Below, one piece after another: positions 37,721-48,503 of a DNA stretch of 64,000 bases. A program made the position numbers and the translations under genes. Position 1 is the first letter of the stretch. Each line of letters opens with the position of its first letter. Source of the DNA: Nitrosopumilus sp. (GTDB lineage Archaea > Thermoproteota > Nitrososphaeria > Nitrososphaerales > Nitrosopumilaceae); the NCBI GenBank assembly GCA_965219345.1, contig OZ244732.1, forward strand, positions 192,001-256,000, given 5' to 3'. Under the pieces are notes generated by a model. The model was not told where the DNA came from, did no database searches, and saw only the letters and a program-made list of their open reading frames with translations.

Positions 37721-38098
37721 ATGGAAATAGAAGAAAATGTTCCAATTGTAGTTTTTGATAATCAGTGTTACCTGTGTGTAAAATTTGCGAAATTTGTTGA
37801 TTTTTTTGCAAGAGGTAAAATGACAATGGTAGGACATTATTCAGATTTTGGAACAAAGATAAGAAATGAAATTCTAGGTGAATCTGCCTTAGACATGTTT
37901 TGGTTTATTGATAAAGAAAGGGCATATGGCGGAAGAGCAGCATTATTTCCATTAATGAAATCAATTTTTTCTAAAAAAACAGAAAAATCATCATCTATGA
38001 GAGTTGATGAAAATTGTCAGCAAGACTGCAGAACTGTTAAAGCGGTTTTTTTGAGGTCGTCAAGTCTGTTCACAAATAGCAAAAAAATAGATCTCTAG
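37721..38098 (+). CDS. DCC-family thiol-disulfide oxidoreductase-like protein
   Basis: VVFDNQCYLC (DxxCxxC). Confidence 0.75.
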   Translation: MEIEENVPIVVFDNQCYLCVKFAKFVDFFARGKMTMVGHYSDFGTKIRNEILGESALDMFWFIDKERAYGGRAALFPLMKSIFSKKTEKSSSMRVDENCQQDCRTVKAVFLRSSSLFTNSKKIDL

Positions 38099-38199
38099 CA
38101 TATCTAAATAAATGACCCAATAGCCCATTTATTTTGAAAATAAAAACAAGTTTATCGACAATTAAGATTGATTTTAGATTATTTGCAAAGCCTGTAAAA

Positions 38200-38337
38200 C
38201 TAATAACCTCTACTATTTCTATCAGGTTTGCCAACATTTGGATTTCTAAAACCATGTTTTTCCATCATATGATTTAAAAATCTAATATCATCTGAAAATG
38301 CTTCACCGCATACAGTGCAATTTTGCATTGAAATCAT
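38200..38337 (-). CDS. 45-aa C2H2 zinc-finger microprotein
   Basis: MISMQNCTVCGEAFSDDIRFLNHMMEKHG... (C-x2-C-x3-F-x8-H-x4-H); not in ORF track. Confidence 0.65.
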   Translation of the reverse strand: MISMQNCTVCGEAFSDDIRFLNHMMEKHGFRNPNVGKPDRNSRGY

Positions 38338-38386
38338 AATCAAACCAATTTATTGAATATTAAAAGATTGATTAAGAAATTAGAAA

Positions 38387-38503
38387 ATGCCAGCACTGCT
38401 GCTTCCCAAGGGCTCTCGCATCTTAGTAGCACAACAGCGACGTCAGGTTTGACTTCCAAGTTCGGAATGGGATTGGGTCGCACCCTAACGCTATGGCCGG
38501 CTT
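38387..38503 (-). rRNA. rrf: 5S rRNA (stand-alone)
   Basis: GCCGGCCATAGCG...CCCATTCCGAAC..GAAGTCAAAC...GTGCTGGC; ends approximate. Confidence 0.93.
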
Positions 38504-38596
38504 GAAAAATGATGTCAGATTCTCATCTATTAACGTAACGAAAGATCCAAATGTGTTCAAAATAGGTATAAAGCAAAGAAAATACCGAGTTACGAC

Positions 38597-40384
38597 ATGA
38601 CACACAGAGTTGCTGTTTTAGATAAGGAGTTATGCCAGCCAAAAAAATGTGGTTTAGAGTGCATAAAGTACTGTCCAGTCAACAAATCAGGCGCGGATTG
38701 TATTGTTCTAAATGAAGAATCCAAAAAAGCCCAGATCGACGAAGATATCTGTAATGGTTGTGGAATATGCGTCAAAGTATGTCCATTTGATGCAATAACT
38801 ATTGTCAATCTTGCAAGTGAACTAGCTACAGACAAAATTCATCAATATGGTCCAAATTCATTTAGACTATTCAGATTACCTACTCCAAAAACAGGAGAAG
38901 TTGTTGGACTGCTAGGAAGAAATGGAATGGGGAAAAGTACGGTGGTAAACATATTATCAGGAAACTTAAAACCGAATCTTGGAAGATATGAAAACCCACC
39001 TGAATGGGATGAGATCTTAAAATATTATAGTGGAACTGAACTTAAACAGCATTTTGAAAAGATTGAACAAAAACAAATTTGTGCATCAATAAAACCACAA
39101 CAAGTTTATCAGATTACAGAAGCATTTGGCGGAACAGGAAAAGAACTTCTTGACAAATATGATGAAAGGGGTGTATCTAGAGAATTAATCAAAGAGTTAG
39201 GACTAGAAAATTCTATGGAGCAAAGTTTGAAGGAACTTAGTGGAGGCGAACTACAAAGAATAGCAGTAGCAGTAGCTGCAGCGAAAGATACAGAATTTTA
39301 TTTTTTTGATGAGCCATCATCATACAATGATGTTTTTCAAAGAATTGGAGTTGCCAGAGTAATCCAGAGTTTAGCTAAAATTGGAAAAAGTGTCATGGTA
39401 GTTGAACATGACCTGACATTACTAGATTTTCTCAGTGACTTTGTAGAAGTATTATACGGCGAACCTGCCGCATATGGAATTGTTTCAAATGTTCTATCTA
39501 CTAAAGTAGGAATCAATGTTTTCCTTGATGGGTATTTGCCAACCGAAAATGTCAGATTTAGAGATAAGAAATTTTCTTTAGACGTATCTTCTTCGCCAAC
39601 TGACATATTTCAAGAAGGGAGTGACGTTGTAACTTACCCAAAACTTGAGAAAAAATATTCTTCATTTTCAGTAACTATTGAGCCTGGTCGGGTGAGAAAA
39701 GGGGAAGTTTTAGGCATAATGGGAGGAAATGCTCTAGGAAAGACAACTATGATGAAGATGATTGCAGGAGTTGAAAAACCAGACTTTGGCAGTATTGATA
39801 AAAAAATAAAGATAGCATACAAACCACAGTATCTTCAAAATGATATTGATGTAGAAGTTATTGCATTGTTAGAAAAAGCAAATGGAAATCCAATTGAAGG
39901 AAGCCTTGAAGAAGAGCAGATACTTGAGCCATTAAAAATTAAAAAAATCTACAATAAATCTGTCAAGAATCTTTCTGGGGGAGAATTACAAAAAGTTGCG
40001 GTTGCATCCTGTCTGTTACAAAAAGTGGATCTGTATGCATTAGATGAGCCCTCAGCATTTTTAGATGTAGAAGATAGAATTGCAGTTGCAAAATTTTTAC
40101 AAAAGTTTGTTCGTTCTTTTGGAAAATCAGCAATGGTAATTGATCATGATTTGCAGTTGATGGATCTAGTTTCCGATACAATGATAATCTTTGAAGGAGA
40201 ATCAGGAGTAATTGGCCAAGCTACAGCTCCAATGCCAAAAGCTGACGCTATGAATAAATTTCTAAAATCACTGGATATGTCCTTTAGAAGGGATGAAAGA
40301 AGTCTCAGACCCCGTGTAAACAAATTGGAAAGTAGATTAGATAAAGATCAAAAGGCATCAGGAAATTACTATTACAAGAATTGA
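38597..40384 (+). CDS. rli1: Ribosome recycling ATPase ABCE1/Rli1
   Basis: N-terminal Fe-S CQPKKC..C..CP / CNGCGICVKVCPF; two ABC domains. Confidence 0.97.
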   Translation: MTHRVAVLDKELCQPKKCGLECIKYCPVNKSGADCIVLNEESKKAQIDEDICNGCGICVKVCPFDAITIVNLASELATDKIHQYGPNSFRLFRLPTPKTGEVVGLLGRNGMGKSTVVNILSGNLKPNLGRYENPPEWDEILKYYSGTELKQHFEKIEQKQICASIKPQQVYQITEAFGGTGKELLDKYDERGVSRELIKELGLENSMEQSLKELSGGELQRIAVAVAAAKDTEFYFFDEPSSYNDVFQRIGVARVIQSLAKIGKSVMVVEHDLTLLDFLSDFVEVLYGEPAAYGIVSNVLSTKVGINVFLDGYLPTENVRFRDKKFSLDVSSSPTDIFQEGSDVVTYPKLEKKYSSFSVTIEPGRVRKGEVLGIMGGNALGKTTMMKMIAGVEKPDFGSIDKKIKIAYKPQYLQNDIDVEVIALLEKANGNPIEGSLEEEQILEPLKIKKIYNKSVKNLSGGELQKVAVASCLLQKVDLYALDEPSAFLDVEDRIAVAKFLQKFVRSFGKSAMVIDHDLQLMDLVSDTMIIFEGESGVIGQATAPMPKADAMNKFLKSLDMSFRRDERSLRPRVNKLESRLDKDQKASGNYYYKN

Positions 40385-41216
40385 CTCGAATGTTAAAAAA
40401 GGTACTGGAGGATAATCTCACACCAAAAGAAAGTGATGAGTTAATCTCAGCCTTTGATCAGATTGGAGACATAATCGTTGTAAGAATTCCTGATTCACTT
40501 TTATCAAAGAAAAAAATCATTGGCGAGACTTTACTAAACGAAGTAAAAGTTGCTAGAAGTGTTTTTATCAAGCATCAGATGTAGAAGGAGATTTTCGTAC
40601 AAGAAATCTGGAGATTCTTGCGGGGGAAGACAACACTGAAACAGAATACAAGGAATTTGGCTGTAAATTTCTAGTGGATGTTGAAAATGCATTTTTTTCA
40701 CCTAGGCTTTCTACAGAGAGGGAAAGAATTGGAAATTTGATTCAGGATGGAGAGATAATGACCAATATGTTTGCAGGAGTGGGAATGTTTTCTATAATGG
40801 CTGCAAAAAAGAAAAAATGCACTGTTTACAGCCTTGACATAAACCCAGCCGCATCAAAGTTATGTGTAAAAAATATCGAATTAAACAAACTTGCTGGAAA
40901 AGTAATTTCCATAAACGGTAATGCATCAGAAATTATCAAAGAGCAATTAGTTGATAAATCGGATAGAACGTTGATGCTGTTACCTGAAAGATCTGATGAA
41001 TTTTTAGAATCTGCAGTCAGTACAACTAAAAATGGAGGAATGATTCATTATTATTCACATATTCATGCTGACAAAAAATCAGAAGCTGGAAAACTTTCAG
41101 AAGAACATTATCTTCAAGTTACATCTGTACAGTCAGAAATTCTAGGTTCAAAAATTGTCAGAGCAGTGGGTCCCAGATACTATCAGACAGTAGTAGATGT
41201 AAAAATTTCAAAGTAA
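40381..41216 (+). pseudogene. Trm5/Taw2-family tRNA methyltransferase, frameshifted at a T-run (40562-40566)
   Basis: FDQIGDI in one frame, then FRTR.LE, FFSPRL.TER, MFAGVG.F, DINP in another; one extra T restores VFYQASDVEG; may be an assembly error. Confidence 0.75.
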
Positions 41217-41217
41217 A

Positions 41218-41436
41218 CTAATCATCTGATGTGATTGATGCAGATGAAGGTTTTGTTGTTGCCATAACATATCCAATCCATGCAATTATTCCAAGAATAC
41301 CTCCTGCAATCATCAATACAGACAATTGCAACATAATGGGACTCCATTCAGAGAGCATTAACAAATATGCATAAAGAAAGAATGCAGCAATACAAAGCAC
41401 AAAAATGGTAATACCCATTCCTTTACGCTTGTTCAT
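41218..41436 (-). CDS. Small 2-TM membrane protein
   Basis: Two hydrophobic helices; WIGYVMATT.P. Confidence 0.7.
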   Translation of the reverse strand: MNKRKGMGITIFVLCIAAFFLYAYLLMLSEWSPIMLQLSVLMIAGGILGIIAWIGYVMATTKPSSASITSDD

Positions 41437-41473
41437 GAAAAAGAATTTTTCGTGAGTTATTTATTGGTTTGAA

Positions 41474-41971
41474 CTAATCTAATTCAATTGCCATAAGGTA
41501 TGCATCCTCACCATCTCGATAGTAGGCATTTAGTTGTTGTCTGATTACAAATCCAAGTTTTTCATACATTCTCACGGCCTCATTGTTACTACACCGTACT
41601 TCAAGGTGGAATTCGTCACATTTTTTTGATTTTATGCCCTTGATGGATTCTTCAACAAGTACACTTCCAATTCCTTTCTTTCTATAATCATCAAGAACTG
41701 CAACAGACACCATATGACCTTTTTTGACAAAACCTAATTTCTTAAAATTTGAAAAACCATATTCGGTTTTACACATAATATAACCAACATGTTTTCCTCC
41801 AATTTCTGCAACTATGAATGCCTCAGGAATTTCTGCAAGTAAGCTTTCATAGAAATAATCAGAATAATGCTCAGGAAGTGTCTTCAAATTAATTTCCATT
41901 ACAGGAATCAGATCGCTTATTTCTGCTCGTCTAATACTGCAGTCATCCAATTCTCTGAGAATTACTTGCAT
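41474..41971 (-). CDS. rimI: N-terminal acetyltransferase (Ard1/RimI)
   Basis: LPEHY, GH.VSVAV..YRKKGIG, LEVR.SN, YYRDGEDAYLM. Confidence 0.9.
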   Translation of the reverse strand: MQVILRELDDCSIRRAEISDLIPVMEINLKTLPEHYSDYFYESLLAEIPEAFIVAEIGGKHVGYIMCKTEYGFSNFKKLGFVKKGHMVSVAVLDDYRKKGIGSVLVEESIKGIKSKKCDEFHLEVRCSNNEAVRMYEKLGFVIRQQLNAYYRDGEDAYLMAIELD

Positions 41972-42046
41972 GAAATGTGATATATGCATCAATATTTAAT
42001 TTTAAACCAGAAAACCATTTAATGGAAAGACTTAGTCTTAAACAAG

Positions 42047-43153
42047 ATGGAAGAACGCACAAGAGAGAGGATTATTTCACTAGTAAGTTCCATATTTGAG
42101 GTCAGTGAATTTACAAAGGCGGAATTTTCATTGGAATTTAGAATTGAAGATTTGGAGTTCAAATCCAAGTTTGTGTATTTGGCAAGAAAGTTAGAAAATA
42201 TGAGTTATGTCTGTAAATTAGAAGAGATAAATGGTGCAAAATTCATCATCATTCAAAAATTTGCTGTAAAAAAACAGAGAAAGTGGATGAATGCTGCATG
42301 GACTCCTCGAGTTTTGTTTGCAATTGTAATTTCATTTGTAATGATTGACGGATACTATAGAACGTCTGGAACAAATTCAGTTGTAGAGATTGGAGATCCT
42401 TTGGAGATGGCAGTAATCTATACACTGTCATTATTAGGGATTTTAGGAATTCATGAGCTTGGCCACATTATTGCTGCCAAAGCACATAATCTAAAAACAA
42501 CTTGGCCTTACTTTATTCCAGGATTACCTATAATTGGCATTCCAACATTTGGCGCATTTATCCAATCAAAAGGGTTGACCATTAATCGAGAAATTTTATT
42601 TGATATTGCAATTGCAGGGCCAATTGCAGGACTAGTAATTGCAGTAATAGTTTCAATTTATGGGGCATATACCGCACCAATTTTAGATCAAGAGATTGCT
42701 ACAGGGTTGTTTGCCGAATCAAGATTGATGGAATGGGGTCAAGGTGAACCATTGTTAATGACTGCCAGTTTAGCATTGTTTGGCAAGGGAGGAGCTGGAC
42801 ACCAAGTCATCATGACTCCTGTTATGTTTGCAGCCTGGATTGGATTTTTAATTACATTTTTGAATTTACTGCCAGCGTGGCAATTAGACGGAGGACATAT
42901 GTCACGGACATTACTTGGTCCAAAGATGCACAGATATGCAACTTATGGAAGCATGGCAATTCTTGTTTTGTTAAATTATTGGTTAATGGCAATCTTAATC
43001 CTTGTAATGAGTTCAAGAAATCCAAGTGCATCTCCACTGGATGATGTTTCACCGCTTTCAAGAAACAGAAAACTTGCATACGTTGGAATCATAGTACTAG
43101 CAGTTTTATGCGCACCGTTACCACCAGATTTGCTACCAGGCATTTTACCTTAA
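42047..43153 (+). CDS. Site-2 protease (M50)
   Basis: HELGH, IAGP, NLLPAWQLDGGH. Confidence 0.93.
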   Translation: MEERTRERIISLVSSIFEVSEFTKAEFSLEFRIEDLEFKSKFVYLARKLENMSYVCKLEEINGAKFIIIQKFAVKKQRKWMNAAWTPRVLFAIVISFVMIDGYYRTSGTNSVVEIGDPLEMAVIYTLSLLGILGIHELGHIIAAKAHNLKTTWPYFIPGLPIIGIPTFGAFIQSKGLTINREILFDIAIAGPIAGLVIAVIVSIYGAYTAPILDQEIATGLFAESRLMEWGQGEPLLMTASLALFGKGGAGHQVIMTPVMFAAWIGFLITFLNLLPAWQLDGGHMSRTLLGPKMHRYATYGSMAILVLLNYWLMAILILVMSSRNPSASPLDDVSPLSRNRKLAYVGIIVLAVLCAPLPPDLLPGILP

Positions 43154-44227
43154 CAAAAGTCTAGCACCGTCTGTAACCACTGCGACTTTTTGTTTTGTAC
43201 CTTGTGTTTTTAGAATATAGTCTAGAGAGTATTTTATGCCTTGTAAAGAAACCATGTCAAGTTTCTTTGCATAAAATTCGGGAAGAATCGATACTAAACC
43301 AATTTGAAAATTCTTTTGTACTTGTGAAAGAAACAACAGGTCCTCCATGCCACTAATGTATTTGGTAGGATTTTGAAGTTGTTCTAAAGTTAATCTATCT
43401 TCAATGAATTGTTGAATTGCGTCAGAGCCCAAACCACCTTTACATTCAGCCACTAAAATGGCAAGACCGTCTTTTTTGATGGCATTTGAGCAATTCCAAA
43501 GTGAAGAGAGAGATTTTCCAAGATTGTCATTACTTGAATCTTTTCCGGTACTAATTACCATAGTTTTATGTTGACCTATATCTTTGATTGAGTGTGATTC
43601 CATAATTTTTGTTGCAGAAAGAGTTTCTGAAGGATGACCTATAGAAAAATCAACTATGCCTTCGGAATTTGCAACTATTTCAATTCCTTGAATTTCAAAA
43701 TTATTGGTAAATTTTTTGGCTTCTTCCAGACTTTCAGGATATTGTCCGGGAGTAGGAAGGTTTCCTTGTCTTTTTGCATACGCTGAAAGCATGGATTCTA
43801 GACCAAATTTTTTGATCAGACGGGTTGAAATGGTTTCATAGCCAAATAGTCCATCAAATTCCATTTCAGCCATGAATACAAGGTTTGAATTTGAAATTTC
43901 AACATCATCAAATTCATTAATTGAACTTCCTTCAGGCAATCCTGCTTTGACTAAATTCAGGATTTTTTTATCAGTTAGAATTTTTGGGAATGGTTTTGAT
44001 TTTTGCTCACATAGAGCAAATAGTGATGAAATGATTTTTTGAATGGATTTGGAGTTATGTAAAACTACAAGTTCCGTTGGTTTTGACAAGTCAAGTGTGC
44101 TGAGTTTTTCATTGATCATTGAATCTTCCAAAATTTTTCCTTCAGAATCAATTTTTTGCTCTAAATTCTCGGCTCCTATGTCCAAAACAACGTCTGTAAT
44201 TCCATAATTTAACCAGATTTCAGGCAT
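43145..44227 (-). CDS. LarA/DUF2088-like domain protein
   Basis: WLNYG N-terminus; LVAECKGGLG C-terminal motif. Confidence 0.55.
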   Translation of the reverse strand: MPEIWLNYGITDVVLDIGAENLEQKIDSEGKILEDSMINEKLSTLDLSKPTELVVLHNSKSIQKIISSLFALCEQKSKPFPKILTDKKILNLVKAGLPEGSSINEFDDVEISNSNLVFMAEMEFDGLFGYETISTRLIKKFGLESMLSAYAKRQGNLPTPGQYPESLEEAKKFTNNFEIQGIEIVANSEGIVDFSIGHPSETLSATKIMESHSIKDIGQHKTMVISTGKDSSNDNLGKSLSSLWNCSNAIKKDGLAILVAECKGGLGSDAIQQFIEDRLTLEQLQNPTKYISGMEDLLFLSQVQKNFQIGLVSILPEFYAKKLDMVSLQGIKYSLDYILKTQGTKQKVAVVTDGARLLLR

Positions 44228-44277
44228 AATTCATACACAATACAAACCAAAATAAAACCAGTGTAGTTAATTTTGGT

Positions 44278-44883
44278 ATGGAATTTGTTAAAGAGTTTGC
44301 GACATTTTTGCATCAGAATGGTATTATAAAATTTGGAGACTTTACACTTGCTAGTGGAAAAACGAGTTCATACTATGTAGATCTGAGGCTAGTTCCAAGC
44401 TATCCTCATGAATTTAGAAAAATGGTAAAATATCTTGAAAATGAGATTGCACAAAACATTGGATTAAACAAATTTGATTCTATTGTTTCAGTACCAACAG
44501 GTGGCTTGGTTATTGCATCAGCACTAGCTATAGAAACTGTCAAGCCACTAATCTATGTGAGAAATAAACCAAAAGATTATGGAACTTCAAAATCAGTTGA
44601 AGGGAAAATTCATGAAGGAATGAAAGTAATCATGATTGATGATGTTGCAACTACGGGAGGTTCAGTTGTAAATGCAATAAAATTACTAAAAGAAGTCAAC
44701 ATTTCGATAAAAGATGCATATGTAATTGTTAATAGAATGGAAGGAGCTGATGAGGCTCTGTCTGAATTAGGGGTAAAGATGCATTCAATTCTAAATATCT
44801 TACAAATTACAGAAGCATTATATGAACAAAATCTTGTGGATGAAAGTATTTTAGAAAAAGTAAAAAATCAAATCAGTAAATGA
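44278..44883 (+). CDS. pyrE: Orotate phosphoribosyltransferase
   Basis: FTLASG.S.YYVDLR, K.YG, IDDVATTGGS. Confidence 0.96.
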   Translation: MEFVKEFATFLHQNGIIKFGDFTLASGKTSSYYVDLRLVPSYPHEFRKMVKYLENEIAQNIGLNKFDSIVSVPTGGLVIASALAIETVKPLIYVRNKPKDYGTSKSVEGKIHEGMKVIMIDDVATTGGSVVNAIKLLKEVNISIKDAYVIVNRMEGADEALSELGVKMHSILNILQITEALYEQNLVDESILEKVKNQISK

Positions 44884-45028
44884 GTTATGGCAGCTCAGAC
44901 AAATGCCTTCCTATCATCATTCAGATATAACTCTGATTCTTCATCGCGGCCAATGAATTTTGGATTTGCTTATTTTAAAACTAATGGAATAACATGGGCC
45001 CGAAGGGTATCAAAGCATATTATTCAAC

Positions 45029-46507
45029 AGAGATTATGCGTAATCGATCATAACGTCAGCACAATACGTGGTTTTACGACACACACACGTCAGCGGCAGA
45101 ACGGCTTGCAGCCAGATAATCCGCACAACACATGAACAAAAACGCCAGAATCCAAAATGCGGTGCGCAGCCCTGCAGCACCGCCGCGTGCCCCGAGATCA
45201 CATCGTCAATCCGGTGGCACCCGCTGCCACCCGCGGCGCTAACCGAGAAATCTTCTGCGCAGCTTGGGGCTTCCCTGTGAAGCGTCCTCATCAGGTGCAG
45301 GTTTACCAGGCCCGCAACGACATTCATCTCGCAGTTGAGCTCGTCCTCGGTGCCGCCGTACGGCTCTGTCATCCGGGCATACTGCTTTATCCTGCCTATG
45401 CTGTTCTCCACTGTTATCCTGATGCCGCCTGCCTTCTGGTTGCGCTTCTTTTGCCCATCTGTCAGATTTCGGGCCTCCTCCTTCTTCTCTCCCTCTCTTT
45501 TTCCCGGTCTTTTGTGCGGCATGATTACGTTTGCGCCCGGAAGATCCTTTTGCATTCCCTGATACCCAAGATCCATGTATGCGGTAAACCTCTCGCTTTT
45601 TGGATTGGACTCGTCGTGCATTTTTTCAGCCCACCTGCCAAACGGAATCGGATCTTCCCTGAGCAGTGTTATGTCATGGGTCTTTCCAACGACGGTGCTG
45701 CCGATTCCCAGGATGATGTTGTTGTTTGTAGCGGACACTGGTTGTGTTGAACGTATGCCTCTTTTTCTTGCCTGAATACATCTCCTTTCTTCTGTCCTTC
45801 CTGCCGGAACGGCGCACGGGTATGTGGGTGCCGTCGACCAGCAGCGTTCTTGTGCCCCTGCCCGGAATGAACTCCTTTAGCTCCTTTACGGTCTTGCATT
45901 CTGATACCGCCTCTGAGATCCTGCGCGGCGTCGGAAGTATCGTCCCAAGCGTCTTATTGCAGAACTGAAGGTACCTGCATACGTTGGACTGGTCTATCCC
46001 AAAGAATGCCTCAAGGGTTCCCTGCGTCGGATTGTCCTTGAGGCGCAGCAAGCAATGAGGAGCGCGTGCCTTGGATAGAGGCCGCAGCGGTTGCCGGGAT
46101 CGTCTGATCTCATTTCGTTGTTGCGGAACAGCGGCGCGCATCCTCTGACTTTATGATTGCCTCCTCAAAAACCTCTCCAGGATGTATTCGAACTCTTCTT
46201 TGCTGTGCAGCGTTGCCGCATGAAGCAGCGCCCCGTCATTTATTATGCCATCTAACGTCTCAAACCTGTGCAGGAGCGCTGCCCTGCCTGCGTCCACTGG
46301 GATGTCGATGCCATGTCTGGTCTTCCACAGGCCGCGCTCAAGATCCAGCTCCCTGCCTTTCTGCCCCCGAGTCTTCCTTAGTTTTTTGATCTCCTGTTGC
46401 AGCTGGCGTATGGTTTGATCAGATGAATCTGGCATTTGATGTGTGGCGTGATCGTGTCTGATCTAAACTTATCGGCGTGGGGTTTGGAGGGATTACGCAT
46501 AATCTCT
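45029..46507 (-). mobile_element. IS5-superfamily (ISL2-like, HTH_Tnp_4 + DDE_Tnp_4) IS with multiply frameshifted transposase
   Basis: Perfect 17-bp TIR AGAGATTATGCGTAATC (45029-45045 / 46491-46507), AC on both flanks; fragments FGIDQSNVCR, VDGTH..YSGKKKRH, HD, DLGYQG, RITVENSIGRIK; GC-rich. Confidence 0.88.
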
Positions 46508-46749
46508 ACATATTATCTGATCTTGTTGCGTGGGGGAACAATCGAGGGAGTGAACCTGATGGAGTAATTTCAATGGATGCAACAGATGCAATTGAAACAA
46601 AGCCAAGACATGATTTTAAATGATAGAATGGCCGTAACTGCACGGCCCCTGACACCAACACTGTTAGTTCAGGGGATTCAATTACGGCTACTCATAATAA
46701 CGTCATACGAATATAATAAGATTCATGCGTAAATTTTGAGATTTGTATA

Positions 46750-46961
46750 ATGTCAGATAAACCTATGAGATCATATTTTGCTCAAACTATCAAATGCGAG
46801 AAAAGATCGGCGAGAGGCCATATGAAGTCACAAAAAAAGACGGCATGTATGTAATCAAGTTCTATCCAATGATAAAAAACGCCAAAAAACCAGACAAGGT
46901 GCTGTTCTGTCTGACAGTCTCAAAACAAGAGTTTGGCAAGCTAGCTTCCAAGATAAAATGA
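46750..46961 (+). pseudogene. Possible frameshifted small hypothetical gene
   Basis: MSDKPMRSY... switching frame to YEVTKKDGMYVIKFYP...KLASKIK*. Confidence 0.3.
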
Positions 46962-47019
46962 CTGTAAGGATGACGGCAGATGGCAAATACATTTTTAGCC
47001 ATATTGCGTAATCAACATC

Positions 47020-48420
47020 ATGTCGTACTGGTTAAAAGTTCCACCACGTAGGCAGATCTCAGAGTTCATAGTGTTTGCTCTTGGTCAAAATGGAATGACT
47101 GTGAGCCAGATAGAAAAAGATATCGGCAGACAAATTCCCGGAAGCTCAACACAGCATCAATACAAAGACATGCCGGTATGGCATCGCAGAAAAGACATAA
47201 TAGAATATGTTGCACAAGAGATGAAACTGCATCAAAGCATGTGGGGGGACAAGAGAACCTCAAACGAGTTTTACAGTGCAGCAGATCAAGAGATATCCAA
47301 ACTCAAACAAAAAAACATCATGATAAACTGGCACAAGTCTGGCAATGTGGCGATATTCCGCCTAGATCCAAAATACAAGATGTCCGCAAAGCCGGCCGCC
47401 AGTCTAGAAGCTGCAACATCTCCAACACTCCAGGATTCTCGAACAGACGACATGAAAAGGATATTTCTATCAATAATCACACAGTCTAGAAAGGACAATA
47501 CATACAAGTTTGCGCTTGGAAGGGTGCTCTTGGAACATTGCTATGATAGCAGTGCCGGTGAGAATTCCTATAAAATTCCGTACACGCATCTTGCAAAAAA
47601 ATTTCTGGAATATTATTGGCATCAAGAGTGCAAGTTTAAGATAAAACAGGATTTTAAAACTAAAAGCATCCCCAAGGTCATCCATGCAATACGGTATGTG
47701 TTCGGAGAAAACACACCTGGTGATTTCAGTCTAATTGATGAGGACGATAAGGCCAAGGCAGAAAGCAAAATACTTTGTAATGTCTTTGGCCATGCAAGAT
47801 CAAAGACGTCATTAGTGGTTCCAAGATTTCAGAAAATAATGGCCGGCAAATACGGCGTAGAGAATCAGATATTTTATGATTATGACGACGATGAAAAGAT
47901 GATCTATCTCAAACCGGAAGCATTTGATTTTTTCAAGACCAACTATGGAATATTATCCAAAGCCCTTCTTGCAGAATGGGCCAAATTCCTCGAAAAGATC
48001 AACGGGTCATTGCCAAGACTGGTGGCAAAGATAGAACAAGACGAGTTTGAACGAGGATCCCTGACTCCATTCAGAAAGGCCTATGCCAAACATACGAATC
48101 ATTGTTTTTACTGCTGTGACAAGCTAGAACACAGATATACCCATGTGGATCACTTTCTTCCATGGTCGTACATATTCGAGGATCAGGCATGGAACCTGGT
48201 CTTGGCCTGCCAGGAATGCAACTGTAAAAAGAGCAGCTCTCTTCCGCAACAGGAGTTCCGTGATATGTTGATCAGAAGAAACCACGAATATGAAAATCAG
48301 ATTCCGCTTTTGAGAAAATCCTTGGCATTCATAGACACCAAGATTGGCTGGAGATCTGAGATAAAGGGACACTACAAAAACTGCGAAGAGTATGGATTCA
48401 ACGTCATTAAAATGCCTTGA
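47020..48420 (+). CDS. HNH endonuclease with N-terminal putative DNA-binding domain (defence/type IV restriction-like)
   Basis: NTYKFAL motif; CFYC, HVDHFLPWS, WNLVLACQECNCKKS. Confidence 0.85.
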   Translation: MSYWLKVPPRRQISEFIVFALGQNGMTVSQIEKDIGRQIPGSSTQHQYKDMPVWHRRKDIIEYVAQEMKLHQSMWGDKRTSNEFYSAADQEISKLKQKNIMINWHKSGNVAIFRLDPKYKMSAKPAASLEAATSPTLQDSRTDDMKRIFLSIITQSRKDNTYKFALGRVLLEHCYDSSAGENSYKIPYTHLAKKFLEYYWHQECKFKIKQDFKTKSIPKVIHAIRYVFGENTPGDFSLIDEDDKAKAESKILCNVFGHARSKTSLVVPRFQKIMAGKYGVENQIFYDYDDDEKMIYLKPEAFDFFKTNYGILSKALLAEWAKFLEKINGSLPRLVAKIEQDEFERGSLTPFRKAYAKHTNHCFYCCDKLEHRYTHVDHFLPWSYIFEDQAWNLVLACQECNCKKSSSLPQQEFRDMLIRRNHEYENQIPLLRKSLAFIDTKIGWRSEIKGHYKNCEEYGFNVIKMP

Positions 48421-48503
48421 TGATCTGGATTCGCTGCCATGCATTGCATGGCTTTAATTTGACTGCTTTTGGTTTTTCTAAACTACGAATAGTTATATTC
48501 ATT

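Noticed and set aside
44887-45135. 82-aa ORF after pyrE as an intact gene
   Set aside because: It runs into the IS TIR; removing the IS gives an early stop and no recognisable family.
45034-46435. Programmed frameshifting in the IS5-like transposase
   Set aside because: At least three separate shifts are needed, which fits decay better.
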